Shown here: positions 31,402-39,646 of the stretch, in pieces
Numbering within the stretch: position 1 is the stretch's first letter
How the letters are laid out: the number at the start of each line of letters is the position of its first letter
Source: an uncultured Desulfarculus sp.
Lineage (GTDB): Bacteria > Desulfobacterota > Desulfarculia > Desulfarculales > Desulfarculaceae
Assembly (NCBI GenBank): GCA_963665125.2
Contig: CAXXUK010000001.1
Location: forward strand, 608,001 to 672,000
Direction of reading: 5' to 3'
Length of the DNA stretch: 64,000 nt
Translations under genes and position numbers: made by a program
Notes under the pieces: model-generated
The model's input: only the letters and a program-made list of their open reading frames with translations
Databases searched by the model: none
What the model was told of the DNA's origin: nothing

Positions 31402-32505
31402 TTAGTCCGGGATGTGGTTGTAGAAGGTGTCGCGGCGCTGGGCCCTGAAGCCAAGGTCCTCGGCCAGGTGGATCATGCCCTGGCGCTGCATGCGGAAGTG
31501 GGCACCGGCGGCGGCAACCACGTTTTCCTCCAGCATGGTGGAGCCCAGGTCATCGGCCCCGTAGGTCAGGGCAAGCTGGGCGATCTTGGCCCCCTGGGTG
31601 ACCCAGCTGGCCTGGACATGGTCGAAATTGTCCAGGAATAGGCGGCTGACGGCCAGGGTGCGCAGATAGTCCACCGCGGTCAGGGGCTGGATGTGGTCTA
31701 GAGCCGTGTTGGCCGGCTGGAAGGTCCAGGGAATGAACGCGGTGAAGCGGCCCTTGCCACCGGCGATGCTCTTGTCCTGCTGGGCGCGGACCATGGCCAT
31801 GTGGCCGATGCGGTCAATGGGCTCGTCCAGGCTGCCGAACATCATGGTGGCCGTGGTGTAAAGGCCCCGCTGATGGGCCTTGTCCATGACCTCGATCCAT
31901 TGGGCACCGGTGCATTTGCCCGGCGCGATGCGGCTGCGCACCCTGTGGACCAGGATTTCCGCCCCGCCGCCGGGTATGGAGCCCAGCCCGGCGTCAATGA
32001 AGCGGTCCAGGGCCTCGTCGATGCTCACGGCGTCCACCTGGGCCATGTGCACCACCTCGGTGGGCGACAGGCCGTGGATGTTGATATTGAAGTTGGCCTT
32101 GATGTGCCGGAAGAGTTCGCAGGTCTTGGCCACGCCGATCTGCGGATGGTGGCCACCCTGGATCAGAATCTGTGTGCCGCCCAACTCGATGGTTTCGGCG
32201 ATCTTGCGGTCCAGTTCATCGCGGTCCAGCACATAGCCCTGGCCGCTTTCGGGCGTCCGGTAAAAGGCGCAGAAGCGACAGGCCGAGATGCAGATGTTGG
32301 TGGTGTTGATGTTGCGGTCCACCACATAGGTCACCACCGGCTCAGGATTGTGCATCAACCGGGCGCGGTGGGCCAGCCTGGCCAGGGTGTGCAGCGGGGC
32401 CTCGGTCAACAGGACCAGGGCCTGTTCTTCAGTTAATCTGCGACCCTCTTTGGCCGTGGCCAGGGCGTCATCGAGTGGATGGGCCGCTGCGGCGGCTGCC
32501 TGCAC
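31402..32505 (-). CDS. mqnC: Cyclic dehypoxanthine futalosine synthase (radical SAM)
   Basis: VTYVVDRNIN, CISACRFC, QGGHHP, PGGGAEIL, QASWVTQG, GSTMLEENVV. Confidence 0.92.
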   Translation of the reverse strand: MQAAAAAAHPLDDALATAKEGRRLTEEQALVLLTEAPLHTLARLAHRARLMHNPEPVVTYVVDRNINTTNICISACRFCAFYRTPESGQGYVLDRDELDRKIAETIELGGTQILIQGGHHPQIGVAKTCELFRHIKANFNINIHGLSPTEVVHMAQVDAVSIDEALDRFIDAGLGSIPGGGAEILVHRVRSRIAPGKCTGAQWIEVMDKAHQRGLYTTATMMFGSLDEPIDRIGHMAMVRAQQDKSIAGGKGRFTAFIPWTFQPANTALDHIQPLTAVDYLRTLAVSRLFLDNFDHVQASWVTQGAKIAQLALTYGADDLGSTMLEENVVAAAGAHFRMQRQGMIHLAEDLGFRAQRRDTFYNHIPD

Positions 32506-32507
32506 GC

Positions 32508-33590
32508 TCAGTCCTCCACCGTGTTGTAAAAGGCGTCGCGGCGCACGGGCTCGAAACCGGCGGCCTGGATCATGCCCCGGAGTTCGCTCTCGGTGAGTCC
32601 CTGAGCCGTGGTGGCTCCGGCGTCGTGGGTGATGTGCTCCTCGACGATGGTGCCGTCCATGTCGTCGGCCCCGTAGCCCAGGGCCACCTGGGCCAGTTTG
32701 GGGCTTAACATGACCCAGTAGGCCTTGATGTGAGGGAAGTTGTCCAGCATCAGGCGGCTGGTGGCCATGACCCGCAGGTCCTCCAGGGCCGTGGTTTGGC
32801 TCAGGTGCGCGAGCTTGGTGTTTTGCGGATGGAACGACAGGGGGATGAACGCCGAAAATCCGCCGGTCTTGTCCTGTTGTTCGCGCAGGGCCAGCAGATG
32901 CTCCACACGCTCGGCGGGCGTTTCGATATGCCCGTAGAGCATGGTGGCGTTGGTCTGGACGCCCTTGAGGTGGGCCTTGCCGGCGATCTCCAGCCAGCGC
33001 TGGCCGCTAGGCTTCAGCGGACAGAGCTTGGCCCGCACCCTGGGCGAGAAAACCTCGGCCCCGCCACCTGGCATGGCCTTCAGACCTGCCGCGATGAGTT
33101 CGTCAAGGGTGTCGTCAATGCTCAGGCCCGCGGCCTCGGCGATGTGGTGGATCTCCACGCAGGTAAAGGCCTTCAGGGCCGCTTCGGGCCTGACCTTTTG
33201 CAGGGCCCGGAGAAGCTCCGGGTAATAGCTGAAGGGCAGGTCGGGGTGGCAGGAGCCCACCACGTGCAGTTCTTCCAGGGGCAATTGCGGGTTTTCCGCC
33301 GCCTTGGAGGCCGCGAACCGGGTGGTCATGGTCTGGGCTCCGGCGTCGTCCTTTTCCCGCCAGAAGGCGCAAAAGGCGCAACGGTTGGAGCAGATGTTGG
33401 AGTAGTTGATGTGACGGTTGCGCACGTAGTACGACACCTCACCGTTTTTGGCCAGCCGGGCCATGTGGGCCAGGTGTCCCAGACCGGTGAGGTCTCGGGT
33501 GGTCATCAGGCGCATGCCGTCTTCGAAGTCCAGACGCCGCCCTTCGGCCAGTTTGCGACCAACGGTGACCAGGGCCTGATCGTCGATCAT
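32508..33590 (-). CDS. mqnE: Aminofutalosine synthase (radical SAM)
   Basis: NRHINYSNICSNRCAFC, KAFTCVEI, MPGGGAE, HIKAYWVM, DGTIVEEHITHDAGA; ATG 33590 behind GGAGG. Confidence 0.92.
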   Translation of the reverse strand: MIDDQALVTVGRKLAEGRRLDFEDGMRLMTTRDLTGLGHLAHMARLAKNGEVSYYVRNRHINYSNICSNRCAFCAFWREKDDAGAQTMTTRFAASKAAENPQLPLEELHVVGSCHPDLPFSYYPELLRALQKVRPEAALKAFTCVEIHHIAEAAGLSIDDTLDELIAAGLKAMPGGGAEVFSPRVRAKLCPLKPSGQRWLEIAGKAHLKGVQTNATMLYGHIETPAERVEHLLALREQQDKTGGFSAFIPLSFHPQNTKLAHLSQTTALEDLRVMATSRLMLDNFPHIKAYWVMLSPKLAQVALGYGADDMDGTIVEEHITHDAGATTAQGLTESELRGMIQAAGFEPVRRDAFYNTVED

Positions 33591-33700
33591 GGCAAAGTCC
33601 ACCTCCAGGGGAGGCAGAAGCTGGGTGAAACCAAAAGGATTATCCCCGAAGTTGTCTTTGGCTGTATTGCCGAGCATTGTTAACCTCTTGCGGGTTTGTG

Positions 33701-33789
33701 TGACCACGTGGTCATTGGGCTGAGCCAGAAAAAACCAGCCGCTGTGACCAGATGGTCATAATACTATGCTCGGCAGGGAGAATTGGCAA
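33701..33789 (-). promoter_or_regulatory. sigma70 promoter of the mqnE operon with two TGACCA-N2-TGGTCA operators
   Basis: Minus strand TTGCCA (33784-89), N17, TAGTAT (33761-66); palindromes at 33701-33714 and 33745-33758. Confidence 0.7.
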
Positions 33790-33859
33790 GGAGTTTTATG
33801 CTAAAATCCCCAAACGGTTCGTCATGTCAGGTTTGTTTAACGCTCCACGCTTTTAGGAG

Positions 33860-35056
33860 ATGGTGATGCCCCAGCGCCCCCTGCTTTCATTGTGCATGAT
33901 AGCCAAGAACGAAGAGCGCTGGCTGCCCGTGTGTCTGGGCAGTGCCCAACCCTGGGTGGACGAGATAGTCTTGGTCGATACCGGCTCAACGGATGCCACT
34001 GTGCGAATCGCCGGGCAATACGGGGCCAAGGTTTTTCAGCACCCCTGGCAAAACGATTTCGCCCTGCACCGCAACCAGTCGTTGGAATACGCCACCGGCC
34101 AATGGCTTTTGGTGGTCGATGCCGACGAAGAGCTTGATCGGTCGACAATGTCTCAGCTTAGACCGTTTCTGGAAGACGCCGCCGAGGATTGCCTTTTGGT
34201 GCGTATCAAGCATCTGGCCGCCGACGGCTCGGCCTCCTGGCAGCTCACACCCCGCTTGATCCGGGCCGACTCGGGGCTCCGCTTCGCTGGCCGCATCCAT
34301 GAAGATGTCCAGGGCGGGGGAAATACACGAACCGCACCGGTCACCCTGATTCACCACGGTTTTGCCCAGGGCGCCGAGGTGCAGGCCGCCAAGGCCCGGC
34401 GCAACCTGGATATCATCCGGCAATGGATCGAGCAGGAGCCGGATAATTTTTCAGCCCGGGCCTATCTGGCCCAGTCGCTGATGGCCGGGGCCGGTAAACC
34501 CGACCAGACCGAACAGGCGGCCCGGACGGCCCTGGATATCGGCAGGCGTTTCGGCGTTGCCCCCGCCCAATTGAGCCGGGCCTACCACCCCTTGCTTATG
34601 GCCCTGACCGCCCAGCGCCGGTTTGACGACTTGATCGCCGCGGCCAATCAATGCCTGAGCGTTTTGCCGCAATACCCGGACCCTCTCTATTGCCTTAGCT
34701 GGGCCTTTTTCGAGATGGGCCGCTGGTCGTCGGTGTGCCGCCAGTGCCGCCGCTTCGTGGAGATGCAGGACCATTGGCGGGTCAATTTCGCGGCCTACCC
34801 CTATCCGCACAACCTCAGCGCGGGCCTGTACGCCGATGTTCTGGCCCGTTGGGTCATCGCCGCCGCCCATCTGAAGCGAGAGCCGGAGGCCGTGGACGCA
34901 TTTGAGCGTTTAATTCATGATGACCGTGCCGAGCCGTTCGCCCGTCAAGTGTTGTCCCTGCTGATCAGCCAGGACCCTCTGGGTCTGGGGGCGCGCCTGG
35001 GGGCCATGGCCGCCGGGGCCCATCCGGAATGGCGCTGGCTACAGGTCGCCCATTAA
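33860..35056 (+). CDS. Glycosyltransferase family 2 with C-terminal TPR-like region
   Basis: LSLCMIAKNEE, VDTGSTD, WQNDFALHRN, DADE, GRIHE. Confidence 0.88.
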   Translation: MVMPQRPLLSLCMIAKNEERWLPVCLGSAQPWVDEIVLVDTGSTDATVRIAGQYGAKVFQHPWQNDFALHRNQSLEYATGQWLLVVDADEELDRSTMSQLRPFLEDAAEDCLLVRIKHLAADGSASWQLTPRLIRADSGLRFAGRIHEDVQGGGNTRTAPVTLIHHGFAQGAEVQAAKARRNLDIIRQWIEQEPDNFSARAYLAQSLMAGAGKPDQTEQAARTALDIGRRFGVAPAQLSRAYHPLLMALTAQRRFDDLIAAANQCLSVLPQYPDPLYCLSWAFFEMGRWSSVCRQCRRFVEMQDHWRVNFAAYPYPHNLSAGLYADVLARWVIAAAHLKREPEAVDAFERLIHDDRAEPFARQVLSLLISQDPLGLGARLGAMAAGAHPEWRWLQVAH

Positions 35057-35087
35057 AAAACGGGGCCCCTTTCGGAGCCCCGCTTTC
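35055..35087. terminator. Bidirectional terminator
   Basis: A6, CGGGGC...GCCCCG stem, CTTT, between convergent genes. Confidence 0.7.
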
Positions 35088-35104
35088 ATTATTTCCCGTG
35101 ATAC

Positions 35105-36136
35105 TTAGAGCCAGTCGACGAGGATGATGCCGATGCCGACGCGGTTTACATAGTGGTCGTAGTCGATGAGGCTTTCGCCGTAGCCGCCGAAGTACTGCAC
35201 ATAGCCCTTGAGATATGGGTAGTCGAATATCGGGAAGCTCCAGCCAGCTTCGATGGCGCCCCGCTGGAAGCCCGATTGTACGTTGTTGCGCGACATCAGG
35301 CTGAAAACGTGGTCGTCCAGCTTGTAAGACAAGCGAAGTTCATAGTTGCCCAGGTAATCGGTGATTTCCGGGTTGTCGTCATCGGCGGCGCTTTCCGGGA
35401 TGCGGAACCACGGTTTGAAGCTGACTACGACATTGCCCCTTTCCAGGATGAATTCGGCGAAGATCCTGTTCCAACTACGGGAGAGCACTCCGCCCTGACC
35501 GTTGGATTGATGCACGATGCCCATGCGGGCCACGGCGCTTTCAAATCCGAGAAGATCGTAATCGGTATCCCACTGGGCCCAAAATTCCGGCTCGTGGTTG
35601 GTTTCCCTGAACGGCGATGAAATGTCGCCATTATAGAATTGCCAAAAAGAGCGGTTGGTATAAGCGCCCCAAAGGCTCACGTTCCATTTGAACAGGTCGG
35701 TCGCCAGCGGCGTCTTGATGCTTATCTGGAATTGCACTTCGTCATTGTCCGCTTCGATACTGTCATCGCGGTACTGCTGCTGGTAGGGCGTGGAATCATA
35801 ACCGACGAAGTTATATGCATAAAAAAGGAAATAGTTGGGCTTGTGAGCCATGAGGGTAAACGGCTTCAGGACGTTGCTCTGGTCTATTTCTTTTCGCTCG
35901 GCCACCAATTGGCCGGGTTCCGGGGCCTTGTCCTGTTTGGCCTGCTCCACCACGGACTGCTGCTTGCGGCATTGGGCCCTGGCTTCGCCGATGGTCAATT
36001 CGTCGCCGGCGTCACGCATTTTTTGAAGCATGCAACGCTCGTAATCGCTGAGCGTCTGGGCTTGGGCGCTCAAAGGCAAGGCGGCGCAAATCAGAACTAC
36101 AAGCAGGACGATCGGTAACATGGAAGGGCGTTTCAT
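35105..36136 (-). CDS. pldA: Outer membrane phospholipase A (OMPLA)
   Basis: Signal peptide; FQISIK, SSPFRETNHEPE, HQSNG, SRSWNR, GYGESLIDY. Confidence 0.92.
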   Translation of the reverse strand: MKRPSMLPIVLLVVLICAALPLSAQAQTLSDYERCMLQKMRDAGDELTIGEARAQCRKQQSVVEQAKQDKAPEPGQLVAERKEIDQSNVLKPFTLMAHKPNYFLFYAYNFVGYDSTPYQQQYRDDSIEADNDEVQFQISIKTPLATDLFKWNVSLWGAYTNRSFWQFYNGDISSPFRETNHEPEFWAQWDTDYDLLGFESAVARMGIVHQSNGQGGVLSRSWNRIFAEFILERGNVVVSFKPWFRIPESAADDDNPEITDYLGNYELRLSYKLDDHVFSLMSRNNVQSGFQRGAIEAGWSFPIFDYPYLKGYVQYFGGYGESLIDYDHYVNRVGIGIILVDWL

Positions 36137-36300
36137 AGGGATCTCCATCAAATGCTTGGGCCGCCGGGATGTCCGGCTTCCATGATCAAAGTTGATGTTA
36201 TCGTTGCGTTGGGCTGGCAAGAATTGTGGAATACTAAAACAACGGCAAGTTATTTGTCAAATCATAGTGATTTTCAATGCCTTGATGCATAAATAAAGAA

Positions 36301-36326
36301 ACCCCCTGCGGATGTGGCAGGGGGCT
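36301..36326 (-). terminator. Terminator downstream of aconitase
   Basis: CCCCCTGC/GCAGGGGG stem with an A-rich left flank (U tail on the minus strand). Confidence 0.65.
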
Positions 36327-36348
36327 TTTCGCATTATTCGGGTGAGTG

Positions 36349-38265
36349 CTATAAGGCGTTTTTGATGTGGTTGAGCCTGCCGCCGGCGGCCAGGATTTGC
36401 CTGTCGCGGTCGGTGGCCTCCAAAAGCAACTCCACGGGCTTGCCGTCAACCAGGGCGGTCAGTTTTTCCGCGCCGCTGACAATGGCGTCTTTGAAGCCCG
36501 TGAATTCGATTTGCTGGCCTTCGTCCAACGCTTCGTAATCGGCCGGGTCGGCGAACACCAGTGGCACGATGCCGAAGTTGATCAGGTTGGCCTTGTGGAT
36601 GCGGGCGAAGCTCTTGGCGATCTTGACCTGCACGCCCAGATAGCGCGGAGCCAGGGCGGCGTGTTCGCGGCTGGAACCCTGGCCGTAGTTGTCGCCGCCG
36701 ACCACCACGGCCGGCGCGGCCTGTTGGGCCTTTTGGGGGAAATCCGGATCCACGGCGTTGTAGACGAACTGGCTGATGGCCGGGACATTGGAACGCAGGG
36801 GCAATATCTTGCTGCCGGCGGGCATGATATGGTCGGTGGTGATGTTGTCTCCGACCTTGAGCACCACCGTGCAGGCCAGGTCCGCAGCCAGGGGCTCCAG
36901 GTCCGGGAACGGCGCGATGTTGGGTCCGCGCACGACTTCAACGCCGCTGCCGTCGGCGGGCGGCTCCACCAGGGCGTCGGGCCGCACATCCGGCGGAGCC
37001 GGTATGACGATGGGCTCGCCCAGTTTGCGTGGGTCGGCAAGATGGCCGGCCAGTGCCGTGGCCGCGGCCACTTCCGGGCCGGTGAGGTATACCTGGTCGC
37101 CAACCGTGCCGGAGCGTCCGGGGAAGTTGCGGGGGAAGGTGCGCACGCTGGCCGAACCCGTGGCCGGTGCCTGGCTCATGCCGATGCAGCCCAGACAGCC
37201 CGCCTGGTGCAGGCGCACGCCGGAATCGAGCATGTCCATCAGGGCGCCGTTGGCCGTGACCTGGGCCAGGGCCTGGCGCGAACCGGGGTTGACCGACAGG
37301 CTCACGCCCGGAGCCAGCTGTTTGCCCTTCAACGCCAGGGCGATGGTCATCAGGTCCTCATAGCTGCCGCCGCCGCAAGAGCCGACGATAACCTGTTCCA
37401 CGGCGATGTCTTCCAGCTCGCTGACAGGCTTGACCGCATCCGGACTGGAAGGGCAGGCGACCAGGGGCACCAACTGCGAGAGGTCGATTTCCTCGATATC
37501 GTCGTAGTGAGCGCCCTCATCGGGCAACAACTCCTGCCAGGCCTCGGGCCTGCCCTGGGCCTCCAGAAAGGCCTTGGTGTTGGCGTCGCTGGGGAACACG
37601 CTGCCGGTGGCGCCCAGTTCGGCGCCCATGTTGGTGATGGCGGACCGCTGCAACACGCCAAGGGTTGTCACGCCGGGGCCGAAATATTCCACGACAAAGC
37701 CAAGGCCGCCCTTAACCGAGCGCCGCTTGAGCATTTCCAGAATTACATCCTTGGCGCCCACCCACGGCGACAGTTGGCCTGTGAGCTTCACGCCCAGGAC
37801 CTTGGGGCAGACCAGGAAAAAAGGCTGTCCGGCCATGGCCGCGGCAACGTCCAGGCCTCCGGCACCCATGGCCAGCATACCCAGGCCGCCGCCGTGGGGC
37901 GTGTGGGAGTCCGAACCCAGCAGGGTAGCGCCCGGACGGCCGAAATTCAGAAGATGAAGCTGGTGGCAGATGCCGTTGCCCGGCGGGGAAAACCACAGGC
38001 CGTAGCGGGCGGCGATGGAGCGCAGGAAGCGGTGGTCGTCGGGATTTTTAAAGTCGGTTTGCAGGATGTTGTGATCCACATATGAAACCGAAACCTCTGT
38101 CCGCACCCGGTCCAGGCCCAGGGCCTCGAACTCCAGGGCTGCCAGAGTTCCGGTGGCGTCCTGGGTCAGGGTCTGATCGATGCGCAGGCCGATCTCCGCA
38201 CCCGGTATGAACTCGCCTTGTACGAGGTGTTGCTCGATTATTTTCTGCACCAGTGTTTTGGGCAT
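36349..38265 (-). CDS. Aconitate hydratase (short, about 640 aa type)
   Basis: TQDATGT, DHN, GICHQ, GSDSHT, GSC, CLGCIG, RNFPGRSG, TTDHIMP, NYGQGSSREHA. Confidence 0.93.
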   Translation of the reverse strand: MPKTLVQKIIEQHLVQGEFIPGAEIGLRIDQTLTQDATGTLAALEFEALGLDRVRTEVSVSYVDHNILQTDFKNPDDHRFLRSIAARYGLWFSPPGNGICHQLHLLNFGRPGATLLGSDSHTPHGGGLGMLAMGAGGLDVAAAMAGQPFFLVCPKVLGVKLTGQLSPWVGAKDVILEMLKRRSVKGGLGFVVEYFGPGVTTLGVLQRSAITNMGAELGATGSVFPSDANTKAFLEAQGRPEAWQELLPDEGAHYDDIEEIDLSQLVPLVACPSSPDAVKPVSELEDIAVEQVIVGSCGGGSYEDLMTIALALKGKQLAPGVSLSVNPGSRQALAQVTANGALMDMLDSGVRLHQAGCLGCIGMSQAPATGSASVRTFPRNFPGRSGTVGDQVYLTGPEVAAATALAGHLADPRKLGEPIVIPAPPDVRPDALVEPPADGSGVEVVRGPNIAPFPDLEPLAADLACTVVLKVGDNITTDHIMPAGSKILPLRSNVPAISQFVYNAVDPDFPQKAQQAAPAVVVGGDNYGQGSSREHAALAPRYLGVQVKIAKSFARIHKANLINFGIVPLVFADPADYEALDEGQQIEFTGFKDAIVSGAEKLTALVDGKPVELLLEATDRDRQILAAGGRLNHIKNAL

Positions 38266-38359
38266 GGTTTTCTCCCACTGGGTTGTTTGCTTGAATTTCG
38301 CCTTTATCCAGGTGGCCCCGGCATTTTACGTAAAGCCCGGCACCGCCGCAACCCCGGAT

Positions 38360-38395
38360 AAAAAAATGAACACCGACCCGAAAGGCCGGTGTTCA
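38360..38395 (-). terminator. Rho-independent terminator of the small Cys-protein transcript
   Basis: Minus strand TGAACACCGGCC-TTTCG-GGTCGGTGTTCA followed by T7. Confidence 0.85.
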
Positions 38396-38464
38396 GGGGG
38401 TTGGGGTATTCCAAGACGTCAAACCGAGGGGGGGACGGCTTGACGTCCGTTGGGGTCTAGAGTG
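38360..38464 (-). ncRNA. Candidate 3'UTR-derived sRNA with a C-rich loop
   Basis: 12-bp stem (38415-38447) with loop UCCCCCCCU, flanked by further CCCC(C) tracts, ending in a terminator. Confidence 0.35.
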
Positions 38465-38761
38465 TCATGCGACCTTGGTGCTGATTTCAGTTTGGAGTCT
38501 GGCACCTATTTCGCAATTACGGCACGGAATCAGATTCATTTTGAATACGAACACATGAAACGGTTCCGCTCCGATATTGGCATACCTGGGCTCGTTTGCC
38601 GTTGCATGACGCTTGGCGCAGGCCGTTTTGGTCAGCTTTAACCCGCCGGGCTGATGCGGACACTGGATAAGCATTTCCGGGTTGTCCTGCAGCCACTTGT
38701 CAACATCAATTCGAGGGACGAAGTTTGACTTTGCCTTGCGTGTATTCCTTCTGCGCTTCAT
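38465..38761 (-). CDS. Small basic 98-aa protein with four Cys (CP...C...CxxC)
   Basis: GGAGA RBS, ATG 38761, sigma54 promoter upstream and terminator downstream. Confidence 0.75.
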   Translation of the reverse strand: MKRRRNTRKAKSNFVPRIDVDKWLQDNPEMLIQCPHQPGGLKLTKTACAKRHATANEPRYANIGAEPFHVFVFKMNLIPCRNCEIGARLQTEISTKVA

Positions 38762-38799
38762 TTGGCCGTCTCCTGCATATGATATTGCCCGTTTATACA

Positions 38800-38815
38800 A
38801 GCAAGAGGTATGCCA
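38800..38815 (-). promoter_or_regulatory. sigma54 promoter (-24/-12)
   Basis: Minus strand TGGCATACCTCTTGCT with canonical GG-N10-GC spacing. Confidence 0.8.
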
Positions 38816-38947
38816 TGATTCTCAAATGAATGTCTGTTCAGTGGAAGCTCTTTAAATTACAGCAAAATGAAAAAATCGCCCCTTTGGGTGCTTGTTTGGT
38901 AGAATAAAATTATCCATCAGAGACATATCAATATGCGTTATTGGATG

Positions 38948-39062
38948 CGTCCGTTTTAAGACATATGCCGAATATCGAACAATTTGGGGTTTCCGCAGTT
39001 AAATAGATTCAATTTGGCTCATGAAGGGCGATTCATTCCTAAAATATGTCGAAAACAGGACA
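38948..39062. promoter_or_regulatory. Three candidate enhancer sites, approximately TGTC-N8-GACA
   Basis: CGTCCGTTTTAAGACA (38948-63), TGCCGAATATCGAACA (38966-81), TGTCGAAAACAGGACA (39047-62), between two divergent sigma54 promoters. Confidence 0.5.
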
Positions 39063-39112
39063 CCAGTTGCAAGGGGGAGAAATGTAACTATCTGAAATAG
39101 CAGACGCATCTT

Positions 39113-39129
39113 TTGGCATCATGATTGCA
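39113..39129 (+). promoter_or_regulatory. sigma54 promoter (-24/-12) with upstream IHF-like site
   Basis: TTGGCATCATGATTGCA; IHF-like TAACTATCTGAAA at 39085-39097. Confidence 0.8.
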
Positions 39130-39170
39130 ACTAAACTACTAGTTTATTGGTTGTTTGGGAGCGAGGTGAA

Positions 39171-39548
39171 ATGATGATCAAGGTGATTGTCTTGGAGTCG
39201 GATCCAACTCTGGCTTGGCTGCTTCGCGAGGAACTAGAAGACGCCGGCTTCGGGGTACGGTTGTGCCGGGATCTGCATCATGCCCAGTCCGCCTTGGGAA
39301 CGGAGCCGGTCGATATTCTGCTGTCCGACGTTTGCAACGCGGATGCTCACCTGGCCGACGCACTCGGGGTGCTGGGCAAGATACACCATTGCAGTGTGGT
39401 TCTCCTGGGCCCCAAAGACCGTTCTCCGGTTTGCTCGGGTGATCCGGTGATGCTGCGCAAGTCCTCCGATCTTCAGCCGTTGATCAAATTCCTGAGGGGA
39501 CAGGCCGCCAAGGCGCTGTGGTTGAGATCAACACCGGCCAACGCATAA
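39171..39548 (+). CDS. Single-domain response regulator receiver, atypical
   Basis: VIVLESD...ELEDAGF...DILLSD...RKSS; GAGGTG RBS. Confidence 0.75.
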   Translation: MMIKVIVLESDPTLAWLLREELEDAGFGVRLCRDLHHAQSALGTEPVDILLSDVCNADAHLADALGVLGKIHHCSVVLLGPKDRSPVCSGDPVMLRKSSDLQPLIKFLRGQAAKALWLRSTPANA

Positions 39549-39646
39549 CCGCATAATTTGCCCGCCTGTTTGCCGCGTACGCCCATTATTGTGTTATCCT
39601 AAATTACAACGCACTAATACTGTTATCTCTTTCAGTTGGAGATCAA

